Assembly (NCBI GenBank): GCA_023205875.1
Contig: CP060770.1
Location: forward strand, 372,001-436,000
DNA: 64,000 bases
Reading direction: 5' to 3'
Origin: Chloropicon primus
Lineage: Eukaryota
The notes under the pieces are model-generated. The model was given only the letters and a program-made list of their open reading frames with translations, made no database searches and had not been told where the DNA came from. Made by a program: the position numbers and the translations under genes. Within the stretch, counting starts at the first letter, position 1. The number at the start of each line of letters is the position of its first letter. Of this stretch, positions 1 through 12,511 are shown piece by piece.

Positions 1-3000
1 AAATAAAGTACACGGAATACCCCTTGATGTAGCCCTGAACCCCACGATTCAGAAGCGTGCTGTCGACGCTGTTGATCACGTAGGACAAGTACTGATAGCC
101 TGTGACATCCAGCATGGCACAGATGGCCTCCCTCGTGTTCACCCGTGATGACTGCAAGTCGTTTTTCAGTCTGGAAGAAAGCCTCTGAATCAATTGAGGT
201 ATCTCGATCCTCGTCAAATTCTCTGGCATCACCTTCAAAACTTGCGCAAGGACGGCCACCAGGTACGAGGGAGGATCTCTGTCTTGGTAGAAAAGCAAGC
301 TGAGATAAGGCAGGACCACCTTGTAGATGTACTGCAGGGGCTCCGGGAATTGCTGTTCTCCGCTCACTTGATCGGAAACTACCATGTCGTCCCTGTTCTC
401 GAAGAACGTCATACTGGACGAAACTGCTCTCATGATTGATTTTGACAGGGCACTTTTGCTCTTCAAAATCCTCAGGAAACGGCTGAGGACACCTTTCAGT
501 GTGTTCCACTCGATGTGCCTGCAAGCCTCCCCAAGACTGTCGATGCATTTGTCGACGAGATTGCTCATGGTCCCGCCCACGGAAGCCCCCTTGTCATCAC
601 AAATGAACCCCATGAGAACAGGAACGACAATGTCGACGATCCCGTCCGTAGAGAGCGAGCCCTTTTCCATCAGAGTGACTAACTTGTTCACTGCTCTGAC
701 ACGCCTATGCAGCTGCAGGTGCGTGACGTTCTTGAAAAAGTCCTGCTCTGGATCCTCGTCGCAGAGAATCGTCATGCCTTGGTAGCAATCAGGGAACTCC
801 AGGAACAGGTGAGAGATCAGATGCAAGTATTCCTTTCGGACCGATTCTTTCTTGTTGTGTATGCCACCCTTGAGCAGCCTGTACACAGTATCCCTGTACT
901 CCAGGTCAAACACGTCAGGGTTGCCCTTGCAGTCACTGATGAATTTCTTGAGAGTCTCCGACGAAGCCTGCTGCATGGAGAAATCCTCGACCTCCGTTAG
1001 ATCAAAAACGCACTGATACAGCAAAATCTTCTGCACGAATGATCGTGCTGAAGCCAAGCCGGACCAATCCATCGTCTGAATCTGCGAATAAGCACCGAGC
1101 CTCTTGTCATAATCAATCTCGCCGATCATGCTTCCCGAAAGTGAATTCAGATCCTTGCAGAGGCCAACAAAGGCGTCCAGGGAGGTCCGGAAGCTCTTGT
1201 TCGACATGATGGAGATGCCCGTCAAGACCGTATCGAGGATGGAGCACAGATCCAACCGGATGTCATTCTGCCTGACGTACAAGAAAAGATCCACGAGCGG
1301 AGGCAAGTCTCCCTCGAAGTCGAACGGCAAAACGGATCCTGCGTGCACTTTCTCCACAAAAGATGATCCCAGCGTGGAAATCACGCGAAGAATGGACCTC
1401 AGCAGCACCTCATTCTTTGACACTGTTCGCTTGTTGTGGAACCACTTGAGAGAACCCACGAGCACGTGGAGTGTCTCAAATGTATCCGCATTCTCTGAAA
1501 ATAAGTCAGACATTTTTTGGACAATGTTGAGGGTGAACACCATGTCCCTCCTATTGCCTGCCTTGAAATCCATGCTTTTCACCTCGACCAACAGGCATGG
1601 GTAGTACTTCTCCAACGCCATGGCTGAGGACTTCGGAGCTTCTTCCAAGATGGACTCCACGAAGCTCAGGACAGATTTTTTCTTCTGGGGCGACATGTCC
1701 TGCAGCGGTCCAAACAAGCAATCCAAAAACACCTCGACGCGCCGGTGCCCCAACGCCTGCTGGCCCCAAGTCTCAGACGACAGAATGCTCCGCAAGTACA
1801 GCACCGAGGAGTGGAAGACCTGATAGCTCTGGAAGTGCTTCGTCTTTGACATCGTTAGCAAGGCCTCCTCGACGAACGTGAGGACGAAGCTGAACTCTTC
1901 CACCTCATAATTCTTCAATATGTCGGTAAGAATATCCAAGCACATGGATATGATGGTGGTTGGATCATGCTGCGTTGCTTCGATTTCTCCGTTGGCACAA
2001 ATGGTCTGCAGAAAGCAGAGGGTAATGCTCATCCATGGAAACAAGTAATCCGCCATGTGCTTGCCGAGGCACCCCAAAAAGTCCTTGAAAGCGTCAAGGA
2101 ATCCGACCTGAACATTGAGCGGTATGTGCTCGCTGTTCCATGACTTGATGAATTTCGAAGATGCCTTGGAGTCCGCCAACTCGGCAAAGCTGAATTTGCT
2201 GCGCTTGCCTCCAAACGAAAGGATGGGATCGATGAAGAGCTCGTGCAGCAACTCGAGCTCCACCGTGTCAAAGCACGACAGGAAGTGAAGTATGGATTTA
2301 CGAGCGGTGCCCTGGGACCTGCGGGACGTCAACCTCATTTTCTTCCTCTTCATTTTGGGAAACAAAATTCTCAGCAGCAAAGGGACAAGCGTAACCCTTT
2401 CTTCCTCGGATAAACCCTTTTCGACATTGTGTTGTCTCTGGAAAGGCAACAAGTCCTTCTCGGTCTTCAGGTTACAAGCTTGAATCAGGATATCCGCTCT
2501 TGACGACAAGACAGGAACTTTCCACGACTTGAGAGTCCTGAGGACTTGAACCTGAATCTGAGGACTGACCTTAGAGAGCAAGGCTTCTAATCTCACTTTC
2601 AGTGCAGGCCCGACCTCAGCTTTGTGGATGCTTGGAATCGACTCCATGATCCCTATCCACTCGAACAAGATGTCGTTGCCGTGCTGACCGGAGACTCCCA
2701 CCAAGCCCTTACAGATCGTGTCCGAAAATCCCATGAAAGCAGGAACAATCTTTTCAGATTCCTTGGCCCACATCTGATGATTGCTTTTCAAGCAACTGAC
2801 TAGAAGCTTGTACAGAATTGGGATCAAGGTCAGTTGCCCCTTATCAGATCGCGGCTCGTCCAGGAGATCCAACCCATAAGCAGTCTCAACGACCTCGGGT
2901 TCGGGAGCACCGGCCGTGTCATCGGAGAAGACAATTTTCTTGTGACAGCCCATCAGGTGAGCCCAAACCGTCCCAAATGTGGCGCTAAAGTGCTTGGACA

Positions 3001-5606
3001 GAAGCTCCTTGAGCACACCAACGCAAGGCTCCCAGCATTCTGAAAACGCGTCATTCAAGTATCCCACAAAGACGTGCGCGAGGATGCCCACGTACCTGTT
3101 GTCCAATTTCTGGTACTCGATATCCAGGGCGTACCTTTTGATCTTGTTTGAGATGGCCCTCGAGGTGCTCAGAGTGAACTTCATCTCCACAATCGACAGG
3201 ATATCGTCAAAGACGTGATCCGAATCCTCGTAGAATTCGCCCCCGTAGCAAAAGAAAGCCCCTTTCGCGAGGAGCTCAAGAGTCTTGAGCCGGACTTGCT
3301 TATTTCTGCCGCTCAGGTTGCCGATAATTTGCTCGCAGGAGTCCGTGGACATCGCCCTGCAGAGCTCCTGCCTCTCTTCTTCTGGCAAGAAAGGCAAGTC
3401 CAGCACCCAGATCAGATTCTTCAGAACTGGAATTTCTACCAAATGCCTGCCAACGGAGGAGAACATCTCGAAAAACGCGTCCTTCATTTTTGTGTAGCTT
3501 GGAAGATCGACAACCGCTGTCTTCACTGCCTCTGAAACCAGAGTGAAAGTGTCCTCGCCCTCGGCCTTGACCTCACGCGCGTATCGGTGAATCAGATTGC
3601 CTGCCTCGAACCGATGCTTGGCTATGTTAATCTTCTGAATGAGCCTCAGAACCAGGTAGTGCACCGGAAAGAAAGCGGCCTGCATCCCCCCTCCCAAGTC
3701 GCCGCCGCCGCCGTGATGCATTTCAAGATCAATAAGCTCCTGCGCAGTGTTAAGCAACAGGGATGAGATCTCTTTAGATATCTTCACATCCACGACATTC
3801 CCAGAGACCGTGTGCAGGTTGTACGCCCTCAAGAGGATGTCCACGCAATTCTGCATGCCTTCGCTGCCTGCGTTCACCCGAATGAGGCTGTCCCCTTGGA
3901 GGGTCTCCTTGATGATGAGGAACGCCATCGGGGCCAGAGATTCGATCAGCTGCGGTCTGCCCTTCAGCCGCACCGTCACGATGTCACAAAACGTCTTGAC
4001 GGAGGACAGGGACAAGTGGGAGTTCCACCTGTGCATCAAGCGAGTGGACAGCTTCAGTGCTGATGCATGGGACTCCGTGCCGGTGCTTTGGAGGAAGAAC
4101 GCGCAATCAAACATGAACAAAAAAAGTTCAGGCAAGACCCCAGGAACCCTCAGCTCGACCTCGCCCTCGCAGGTGTACTGGGCTTGATCCCCCAACGTCT
4201 CAGCGCCGCCGCAGTCCCTTCCACTTCGCTGGAACACTTGGAGATTGCTGACCTTCTTCGAGCCAGAGACGTGGCTCAGTACATCGCTGTAAGTCTCGGC
4301 GATGAGCTCGCTGCATGCTTCTCCCTTGACCTTGCCCAGCAACATGTTCGCCACCTTCAGGTACCAGGCAATCACGTTTGCCCCGCCGGAGTCCAGCTTG
4401 GCCCCTTGCCCAAGCACGGGATTGTGACGCGACAACACTCTCAAGGGCATGACCAAGTCGACCCGCTTGTTGATTTGATACAATTTGTGGAGGGACAGCA
4501 AGGACACCGAGGCAAGGGAGTCCTTGCAGAACTGGTCTTCCCCGTCAGAAGAAGAAGTGAAGGAGAGCGCGAAGAGCAGCTCAAAGACGCTCTCGGCCTT
4601 CGAGTGCAGATGTTCCCGCGTGCTCAGCAAGGAGTTTGCAATCAAAAGCGAAATCGCTTCCAACTTTGTTCCCCTGGCCACTTCGGTTCCGCTGCTTTTG
4701 TCGTTCACAAGGACCAAGACCCCGCTCCTCACGCCCTGCAGGTCTGCGTTACGAAAGACGAAGGACATCATTTCCGCCGCAAACTTTCGGATGTGACTCT
4801 GCCGGTTAAACAGCAGCGCCAGCGCACTCCTCGAGAAGCCTTCGATGCCCTCGATGAGATCCTTCACGAGAAATTTGCAGATCTGAAACAAGCCCGTGAA
4901 GACGTGCTCGATGACTCCCGCGTCCTGAGACCCACCGCAGGCGAGCAGGGAGTCCACCGCCGAGATCAGAGGCGGCACGAAGGGCATGAAATCGTCTTGC
5001 AGGTCTCTTGCCATGTTCGCCAGAAGATACATCAACGCCTCCATGGACATCTTGCTCTCCATAACGAGCTCGTCCGCGATCGTATCGAAGATGAGCTGCT
5101 TGTGGTACACCACCTGAGCTATCGACTGGCACAGTGGGAACACTTTGCTGTGCACGTCCAAGAATGCTTTGTGAAGGCAAAGCTCTCGATATTCCTGCAA
5201 AGCATCGTGAAGGAAGTTGTCCCCGGTTTTCGGATTCGCGTTCACCTTCTTCACGCTCCTGTACACATCGATGTCCACTTTGGCCAGACTTTCTTTGAAG
5301 TTGAGGAACTTGAACCTGTTTTTGCTGCTGCTGCTTGCCATGCCAACTCCGACGCCATCCTACGCGAAGACACACGATTACCCATTCCGTCAGAAACACA
5401 AGCACATGCTCCTCCTCTTCAGCAAGCAGACGAACGATTGACGCGTGATGCGATGCCACGCCACGCCATGCCATGCCTTGCGATGCTCCCTCCACGAAAA
5501 GGAATGGAGGAACCCAACCTTTTTTTGATTGGATTGGATCGAAGCTTTCTTACCTTCTTGAAGGTTGTGTTTGTTCCTTGGATCCTTCCGCTGGTGGAAG
5601 GATCAT
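1..5606 (-). CDS. UTP20: U3 snoRNP-associated HEAT-repeat protein UTP20 (3' end runs off the window). Exon 1 5606-5554 (alternative start 5682), intron 5553-5316, exon 2 5315-<1
   Basis: Manual minus-strand translation gives RFKFLNFKESLAKVDIDVYRS just after a CAG acceptor, and RLKNDLQSSRVNTREAICAMLDVTGYQYLSYVI...RGVQGYIKGYSVYFI near position 1. Both resemble UTP20. GTAAG donor at 5553. Absent from the ORF track, presumably because no stop lies inside the window. Confidence 0.85.
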
Positions 5607-6120
5607 TCTCCGGTCCGATGACGACCTCACCCTCGTGTTGGTCCTCCTCCTCCTCGTCCGACCACTGCTCCTTCCTCGCCATGGTGCTCCTCCTCCTCCT
5701 CACTGGTGACGGCGCCAACGAGCCTTCGGTCTGCAGATCAAAAACGAGGATCAGGAGGGGAGGGGGAGGGCAATGGCCGATGGCGAGGGGGAGGGTAATG
5801 GTAAGGGGGGAGGAGGTGCACTTGCTCGTGATCTTGATCGTGATCGTGATCGTGATCGTGATCTTGATCGTTCTCTTTGTTTTTGACCTTGTTCTCTTTC
5901 CTAAGAGCCATCACTTGCTGGCAGTTTGGCCCAAAACTTTTGCTTTTGGGGGATCAGGAACAGGAACAGGAGGGGAGGGGGAGGGGGGATGCACTTGCTG
6001 GTGATCTTGATCGCAATTATCTATCCAACAAAAAAATGTAACTCATCATCAAAATTGCAACAAAATCGTTGTTGTCGCTGCAAAAAATAAAACTCTCTGC
6101 ACCAAAATTGCCTTGAACCC

Positions 6121-7950
6121 TTACTCCTCCGCCTTCTCCTCCGCTTCTTCCTTGCTCTTTTCCTCCTCCTTCTTCTCGCCCTCCTCCTTTTTTCCGTCGT
6201 CCACCTCGACCTTGGCCTTGGCAGCCCGCTCCGCTCTCACGGCGTCCGCGTTAGGGCCGTACTTGAGGTCATCGTCGATGTAAAACGCCGGAGCCGTTGG
6301 AGGTTTTGTCAGGCGCTTGCCCTCCACTGGAAGGTTCATGAAGTTCCAGCTAGAGTCTCCGCCCTCCAAGTGAGCCACATTGGTGTACCCCGCCTGAATC
6401 AACTCGTCCAGAGCGGTCAAGCTCGTGGACTCAATCCCGTACTTCCTGTAACGGTCTGGGATCCTGTCACCGTTCTTGTCGAGCTTGTCGCTGAACGTGT
6501 CCAAGCTGCCTCCCGCCCCGCAGGAGAGGATGATCATCTTGCCTTCCTTGCCGACGGCTTTGCCAACCGCCTCCGCAAAGTCCGCGTCCCTCTCCGTGGG
6601 GTACTGGAACGATCCGGTGAAGAAGTTCCTGAGGTTGCCAAGGGACTTGTTTCCTTGGATTGCCTTGTAGAGTGGAACGTTCACAGATCCTGCGATGTGC
6701 TTCTTCACGTACCTCTTGTTAGGACGAACGTCCACGATGACAGCTTTGCCCGACTCGGCCATCTCCTTGGCCTCGATCGCGGTGACGGACTTGGGACCGA
6801 AATCGCTCAGCCTCTGGAAAACAACCGGCCAGACCGCAAAGGACTTGGACCCGGTGTACAGGCCGAGAACTTTGGGCCTCCTCTCGGCGGGCCTGGCCGC
6901 CTTGCGGGCTTCCTTGTCCTTCTTGGCCGCCGCCACCTTCGCCTCCCTGTCCCTTCTCACGGCGACGCTGCCGGTGCAAGGAAGGCCCGCGGCCCTCCAG
7001 CCGGGGAAGCCCTCAGACAGGTGCAAGATGTCCGTCACCCCATCCTGGATGAGATCGTTCGCCGCCCTGAGGGAGAGAGAATCGCGCCCGAAGGCGCGCT
7101 GGGAGTCAGCGAGGCTGTCCTCGTAGGACCTCCCGTCCTTCTCCTTCCTCTCCACGGTGATGGAGCCGCCCGTGGAGCAGCACAGAATCACGGTCTTCCC
7201 GCCAGCAGTGGCCTCCTTGACCTCCTTGACAAAGTCCTCGTTCTTGATCGTGGACTTTGACCCGAGGAAAACCCTCTTGCCGCTGTACCCCTTGGCCTTC
7301 TTGTAGTAACCCACGTTCTCGCTCGGGTCGGCGTGGTCTGCGATGTACGTCTGGTCCAACCTCACATCAATCAGCACAGCCTTGCCGCTACTCACGAGAT
7401 CGAACGCTTCCTTGGCCTCCACGGACTTCAACCCGAACTTCTTCAGAGACGCCTGAGCGGTGCGCCACTCCGTGTAAGCATCCACGTTGTCCCTCAGCTT
7501 GGGCTCGGCCCTAATACGCGCCGTCCTTCCCATGTTCTTCGAAGCCCCTGACAATATTTTTGCCGTCGGCTTCGGTGGAGATGCAGCAATTCTGGCCAAA
7601 TTCTCTTGACTCGTCGCCTCAAGCTCCTGCCTCTTCCTCTCCTTGGCCTCCTTCTCCTCCATCAGCCTCTGCTCTTGCTCCAACTTCCTCCTCCTAGACT
7701 CCTCGGCCCTCTTCACAGCCTTGGCAGATTTCGACATCTTCTTCTTCTCGACATCTTGCACGAGCGTCGCCGTCGACCCCTCGGTGGCGGACCCCTTCGC
7801 CTCCTCCGCATCCTTGGCGCTCGCCCTCGCCGCCACGACCCTCCTCGAGACCACCGCAGGTGGCATCGTCGTCGTTGTGGATCTCAACAGACGACGACTG
7901 CTTCCCGTGGCATACCTCATCTTCATCGCGACCACCATACGACTCGTCAT
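6121..7950 (-). CDS. Tandem two-domain rhodanese-like protein, probably plastid-targeted (STR14-like)
   Basis: 609-aa ORF with an R/S/T/A-rich transit-like N-terminus. Two units with (L/I)(I/V)DVR...H...S.NV, C..GGS loops and HL.(E/G)G...W....LP C-terminal rhodanese motifs. Confidence 0.85.
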   Translation of the reverse strand: MTSRMVVAMKMRYATGSSRRLLRSTTTTMPPAVVSRRVVAARASAKDAEEAKGSATEGSTATLVQDVEKKKMSKSAKAVKRAEESRRRKLEQEQRLMEEKEAKERKRQELEATSQENLARIAASPPKPTAKILSGASKNMGRTARIRAEPKLRDNVDAYTEWRTAQASLKKFGLKSVEAKEAFDLVSSGKAVLIDVRLDQTYIADHADPSENVGYYKKAKGYSGKRVFLGSKSTIKNEDFVKEVKEATAGGKTVILCCSTGGSITVERKEKDGRSYEDSLADSQRAFGRDSLSLRAANDLIQDGVTDILHLSEGFPGWRAAGLPCTGSVAVRRDREAKVAAAKKDKEARKAARPAERRPKVLGLYTGSKSFAVWPVVFQRLSDFGPKSVTAIEAKEMAESGKAVIVDVRPNKRYVKKHIAGSVNVPLYKAIQGNKSLGNLRNFFTGSFQYPTERDADFAEAVGKAVGKEGKMIILSCGAGGSLDTFSDKLDKNGDRIPDRYRKYGIESTSLTALDELIQAGYTNVAHLEGGDSSWNFMNLPVEGKRLTKPPTAPAFYIDDDLKYGPNADAVRAERAAKAKVEVDDGKKEEGEKKEEEKSKEEAEEKAEE

Positions 7951-8560
7951 CGCGTCGAGTCGAGTGACACGTCAATCGAAAGCTCGTGAGATGTAGTTTC
8001 ACTCAGGAGGTGGTTACGGTTACTCCTTCGCTCCCTTCGTAACGTCCGCGCGTTAGAGTCCCTCAAGGCTAGGGCTTCTCATCGGCGATCTTCTTATCCA
8101 GATCTCTGAAGGACGAGATCTTGATCTCAAGGGAATCCATTGGCCAAGGGAGAGAGCGAACGCTAGGAGTCTCAGAGGCACATGAAGCGTTCGCTCTTGG
8201 ATCAGAAACGCGTACAAGAGGGAACACAATATCTCTTGATCAACCCAGGAAAGGACCAGGGCTCCGTGCTTGACCTTGATCTTGTGTCCTTCACCTTTTT
8301 TGCTGAAATTGGGAAGCGATGCCGAGGGGGGGGGGGCAAGGGAGTGCAGGCTTTTTGTGTGAGCGATCCAATGAATGTCTGATCATGAGGATATGGTAGG
8401 GAGGGCTCGGTGCTTCACCTTGCTGCCCTGCAGGCTTCGGAAGCGAAATCCCAGCGGGGCCATCGGGAAAGGAAGCCTTTCGACACGCGGAGCTGCTGTC
8501 CGTCGGGAAAAAAAGTTTGAATTGCATGACAACGTTGTTGGGTTTGAAAAATTTTTGATT

Positions 8561-11500
8561 TTAGCGGCCAGAGCCGGAGGACTGGACGAGCGCGTAGTAC
8601 AGCCCCTTCATCTTCATGAGGTTCTCGTGAGTGCCGAACTCGACGACCGTGCCCTCGTCCACGACGATGATGACGTCCATGTTCCTCACCGTGGACAGCC
8701 GGTGCGCGATCATCACTGTCGTCATCTCGCACTCCATGATGAGCTTGTCTAGGGTCTTCTGCACGATGGCCTCGCTGGCATTATCCAGCGCGGAGGTGGC
8801 CTCGTCCAAAAGCAGCACCTTGGGCTTCTGAACCAGAGCCCTGGCGATGGCGACCCTCTGTTTCTGGCCCCCGCTCAGCAGGGTCCCGCCCTGCCCGAGC
8901 TCCGTGCTGTAACCGAACGGGAGGCCCTCAATGAATTCGTGCGCATTCGCGAGTTTCGCCGCCTCGACGATCCTATCCTGTGGGCAATCGCCCTCCCCGT
9001 CGCTGTAGCCCAGGCCGATGTTGTCGGCCAGTGTGCCCTGATACAGTATCGGCTCCTGGCCAACCATTCCAATCTGGCTGTGCAGCCACTTGTAGTTGAG
9101 CTTCCTCACGTCCTTCTTGTCGAACACCGTCTTTCCCTCGTCGGGATCGTAGAACCTCTCGATCATCTGGATCGCGGTGGACTTGCCCGAGCCGCTCGGC
9201 CCCACGAGTCCCACCTTCTGCCCCGCCTTCACCTCGAATGTCAGGCCCTTGCAGACGACGCTGTCGGGCCTCGCGGGGTACGTGAACCTGATCCCCTTCA
9301 ACTGGATCTGGCCGCGCGTGTCCACGGGCTTCTCGCCAGACTCGCTCAAGGGGTCGATCTTCGTCTCCCTGTCCAGAACAGCGAAGATGTTAGCCAGGGC
9401 GGCTCCGGCCTCTTTCGCGTCCGTTATGCCAGCCGCCGCCAAGGCGAGGCCAAACAGCCCGAAGAAAAAGGCAAAAAGGGCAATGGAGAAATCCCTAAAG
9501 TCGTAACCCATGTTCTTCACGCACCAGCCGCCAAACCACAGGAGCAGGGCGAAGGTCCAAGGCTGGAACCCAAAGGACAGGCCATACACCACACCCTTCT
9601 TTGCAAGCTCTGTGAATTCGATTCCCGAGCCGACAATGGACTCGTACCTCTTGACGAACGTCCGCTCCACGCACAGGGCTTCCACGGTGCGCATTGCAGT
9701 GAGGCTCTCTCCCGCCAGGGCACCGAGCTCTGCATTCTCCTTGGTCTCCTTCGCCTTCTCACCACCTCCGAAGATGATGGCCGTCTGGATCGACATCGCG
9801 CCCCCGAGCAGGGGGAGAACGCCAATGGCGATCAGAGCGATCGGCCAGGCGTAGACAAACGCAAGGATCAAGCCCAGAAGCAGCCCAAACACGGTCGTGA
9901 CAATTGCTTGGAGGGGCTCCCCCGTCTTGGCCTTGAGCTTGGTGGCGTCGTTCGCGAGCTTGCTGGATACCGAGCCCACCGCGTTCTCTGGCATGTCGAA
10001 GAAACCGGGCTCCTGCCTGAGGTAGCTGCCGAACATCATGTTCCTGACACGGTAGGCAAGGTTCTCGGATGCTGCGCCGAACCCGTAGAACAGGCCCACG
10101 TGGGAGCCCAAAGCGACGACTGCGATGAGGACCCAAAAGTAAGAAAGGAACTTGGACTGATCCCAGATCTTGTCCGCGTTGTAATTCCAATAGTCCTGAC
10201 ACGAGTCGAAGGGGCCTCCAAGCTGCTGCGGGATCAACGAGGGGATGAAGGTGCCCCCGGACGTGGCAACATCCTCGCACTTAATCACGGGCGTAAAGAA
10301 CAGGACGATCATCTCAGAGAACATGAAGCCCCACATCGGATACATCGCGCCAGCCACGGCGCCGAACGCCACGCCAATGGCAAGGTACCCAAAGTCCGGC
10401 TTGTTCATGCCAATGATCCTTGACCAAGGAACTTTCGTCGGCTCCTCCTTAGCCCCGCTGTCCTTCGCGGCCTCCAGATCTTGCGCCGTAGCGCTGCGAG
10501 AGGATTGCACAGAGTCCGTGGAAACTCTGGGATCCTTCATCGAGTTGCTGGATCTGCGTCCGGAGGCGATCGCCGCCTCGCTTTCCTTGTCCTTCTTGAC
10601 CTCCTGCTCCTCCACCAAGGCACGATAGTGGCCGCAATCGATCCTCATCAAGTCCTCGTGAGACCCCTTCTCCACGACCTCCCCTTGCTGGACGTAACAG
10701 ATGACGTCCGCGGTCCTGATGGTGGAGAGCCTGTGAGCAATGACAATGGTGGTCCTGTTCTTCCCCGTCTCGAGTAACCTGTCCAGCGCCTCCTGAACAA
10801 CCTGCTCGCTCTTGTTGTCCAGCGCGGAGGTGGCCTCGTCCAAGAGCAAGATCTGGGGCTTCTTCACCAGGGCCCTAGCGATGGCGATCCTCTGCTTCTG
10901 ACCGCCGCTCAGCTGGGAGCCTCCAAAGCCAACATCGGTCTGGTACCCGTCCTTGAACTCCATGATAAAGTCGTGGGCATTGGCCATCTTGGCGGCCTCC
11001 TCGATCTCGGCCTGGGTGGCCTCCCTCCCCGCGGACTTGGCCCCAAGAGCAATGTTCTCTGCGAGACTGCCGCTGAAAAGCTTGGGTTCCTGCGAAACGA
11101 TCCCGACGTGCTGCCTCAGCCACCTCACATTCAGGTCCTTGATGTCCCTGCCATCCAGCAGGACGCGGCCCTCCGAGGGGTCGTAGAACCTTTGCACCAG
11201 TTGCACCACCGTGGACTTGCCGCTTCCCGAGGCCCCCACGAGAGCCAGGGTCGTGCCGGGCTTGAGGTCCAGGCACATGTTCTCGCACACCTTGATGCCC
11301 GGCCTCGTCGGGTAACAAAAGTGCACGCCATCGAAAACGATGTGCCCCTCCACTTTCTCTGGCTTGAGCCCCCCCTCGTCCTCCGTGTTTATCTTGGGCT
11401 CCCTCGCGATGACGTCCACGGCGTCCTTCGCGGCCTTCCTGGCCTGCGCGAACGTGTCGATCGCGGTGGACACGCTGCCCATGAACTGCCCGCCCTGAGC

Positions 11501-12511
11501 GATGCTCATCAGTGCGATGAAGATGCTCAGGCCGTCCATTTCGTTGCTCAGGCCCCCCAAGACGAACGTCTGGTCGCACGGGATGCGGAAGGGAGCCGCT
11601 CCACTCGGATCGCACCCGGTCTCCCTCACTTGTTTGGCCAACGCCCACCCCGCGAAAAGGGTGATCACGAGGTACATGACGTTGAAGCTGGAGAGCATGG
11701 CGCCGTTGGCGAACCCGAGCTTCGCTGAGTTCAGGGTCCCGCTGTTCCTGGCCTCCCTGGTGGCCCGGTCGTACTTGCGCTGCATCTTCCTCACCGCGTT
11801 GAGCGACAGGATGGTCCTCAGGCCCGTGAACGACTCGAAGGCCACGGCATTCGCCTTGGAGTACGCCTTGTCCTTGAAGTCGGCCTGGTCGCTGTTCAGC
11901 TTGACCAGCCAGCTCAGAGCCCCGGCGACCAGCGGCATCAGCGCGATGGTGATGAGGGACACGTAAAAGTTGTAGAGGAACCCAATGAGGAGCGCCGAGA
12001 GAGCCCCGGAGAGGAACTGGATGCCCATGGCAAGCTTCGCCCCCAGGCCCTCCTCGTAGGTCATCATGGAGCTCGACATCTTTGCGGCAAGCCCAGCCGC
12101 GTTGCTCCTCGGGTTGTCGTAAAACTCCATGTCCTGCCTCATGAGCGCCGCGTACCAGGCCTTCCTCATCTTCCTCGCCAGCCTCGAGCTCACCCTAGCG
12201 TAACACATGTACTGCACGGTTCCCGCGACGAGGACCACGCACCCAATCACGGTGATGGTGATCGCTATCCTGTTCATCGTGCTCATGATCCTCTCCGGGT
12301 CCGTCAGGGCAGACATGGACCCCGCGAAGAAGACTATGAGCAGGGGTTCCCCCACCCCGTTCACCGCAGCTGCCACGGCACCCACGAGCATCAACAAGTA
12401 GTCCTCCTTCGTGGCGAACATGAATGTCTCCTTCAGAGTCGCCGTACCTCCCACCCCCTCGTTCTTCCCCTTCTCCATGTCCGCCATCTCTGCAGCAGGT
12501 GCCGCTTCCAT
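8561..12511 (-). CDS. ABCB: Full-length ABCB (MDR/P-glycoprotein) transporter
   Basis: 1316 aa, TMD-NBD-TMD-NBD layout. Walker A GASGSGKS and GPSGSGKS, LSGGQKQR signatures, LLLDEATSALD twice. Confidence 0.97.
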   Translation of the reverse strand: MEAAPAAEMADMEKGKNEGVGGTATLKETFMFATKEDYLLMLVGAVAAAVNGVGEPLLIVFFAGSMSALTDPERIMSTMNRIAITITVIGCVVLVAGTVQYMCYARVSSRLARKMRKAWYAALMRQDMEFYDNPRSNAAGLAAKMSSSMMTYEEGLGAKLAMGIQFLSGALSALLIGFLYNFYVSLITIALMPLVAGALSWLVKLNSDQADFKDKAYSKANAVAFESFTGLRTILSLNAVRKMQRKYDRATREARNSGTLNSAKLGFANGAMLSSFNVMYLVITLFAGWALAKQVRETGCDPSGAAPFRIPCDQTFVLGGLSNEMDGLSIFIALMSIAQGGQFMGSVSTAIDTFAQARKAAKDAVDVIAREPKINTEDEGGLKPEKVEGHIVFDGVHFCYPTRPGIKVCENMCLDLKPGTTLALVGASGSGKSTVVQLVQRFYDPSEGRVLLDGRDIKDLNVRWLRQHVGIVSQEPKLFSGSLAENIALGAKSAGREATQAEIEEAAKMANAHDFIMEFKDGYQTDVGFGGSQLSGGQKQRIAIARALVKKPQILLLDEATSALDNKSEQVVQEALDRLLETGKNRTTIVIAHRLSTIRTADVICYVQQGEVVEKGSHEDLMRIDCGHYRALVEEQEVKKDKESEAAIASGRRSSNSMKDPRVSTDSVQSSRSATAQDLEAAKDSGAKEEPTKVPWSRIIGMNKPDFGYLAIGVAFGAVAGAMYPMWGFMFSEMIVLFFTPVIKCEDVATSGGTFIPSLIPQQLGGPFDSCQDYWNYNADKIWDQSKFLSYFWVLIAVVALGSHVGLFYGFGAASENLAYRVRNMMFGSYLRQEPGFFDMPENAVGSVSSKLANDATKLKAKTGEPLQAIVTTVFGLLLGLILAFVYAWPIALIAIGVLPLLGGAMSIQTAIIFGGGEKAKETKENAELGALAGESLTAMRTVEALCVERTFVKRYESIVGSGIEFTELAKKGVVYGLSFGFQPWTFALLLWFGGWCVKNMGYDFRDFSIALFAFFFGLFGLALAAAGITDAKEAGAALANIFAVLDRETKIDPLSESGEKPVDTRGQIQLKGIRFTYPARPDSVVCKGLTFEVKAGQKVGLVGPSGSGKSTAIQMIERFYDPDEGKTVFDKKDVRKLNYKWLHSQIGMVGQEPILYQGTLADNIGLGYSDGEGDCPQDRIVEAAKLANAHEFIEGLPFGYSTELGQGGTLLSGGQKQRVAIARALVQKPKVLLLDEATSALDNASEAIVQKTLDKLIMECEMTTVMIAHRLSTVRNMDVIIVVDEGTVVEFGTHENLMKMKGLYYALVQSSGSGR

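Noticed and set aside
5826..5870. GATC-rich runs (also about 22821, 23893, 44489, 63100) as targets of the Dam-like enzyme
   Set aside because: These are simple-sequence repeats, the enzyme's specificity is unknown, and enrichment cannot be shown without counting.
4067..6004. 645-aa plus-strand ORF, and other long antisense ORFs such as 8939-10423, 14599-16038, 21018-22544 and 28748-30067
   Set aside because: Shadow ORFs opposite well-supported genes. They are expected with GC3-rich codon usage and show no recognisable motifs.
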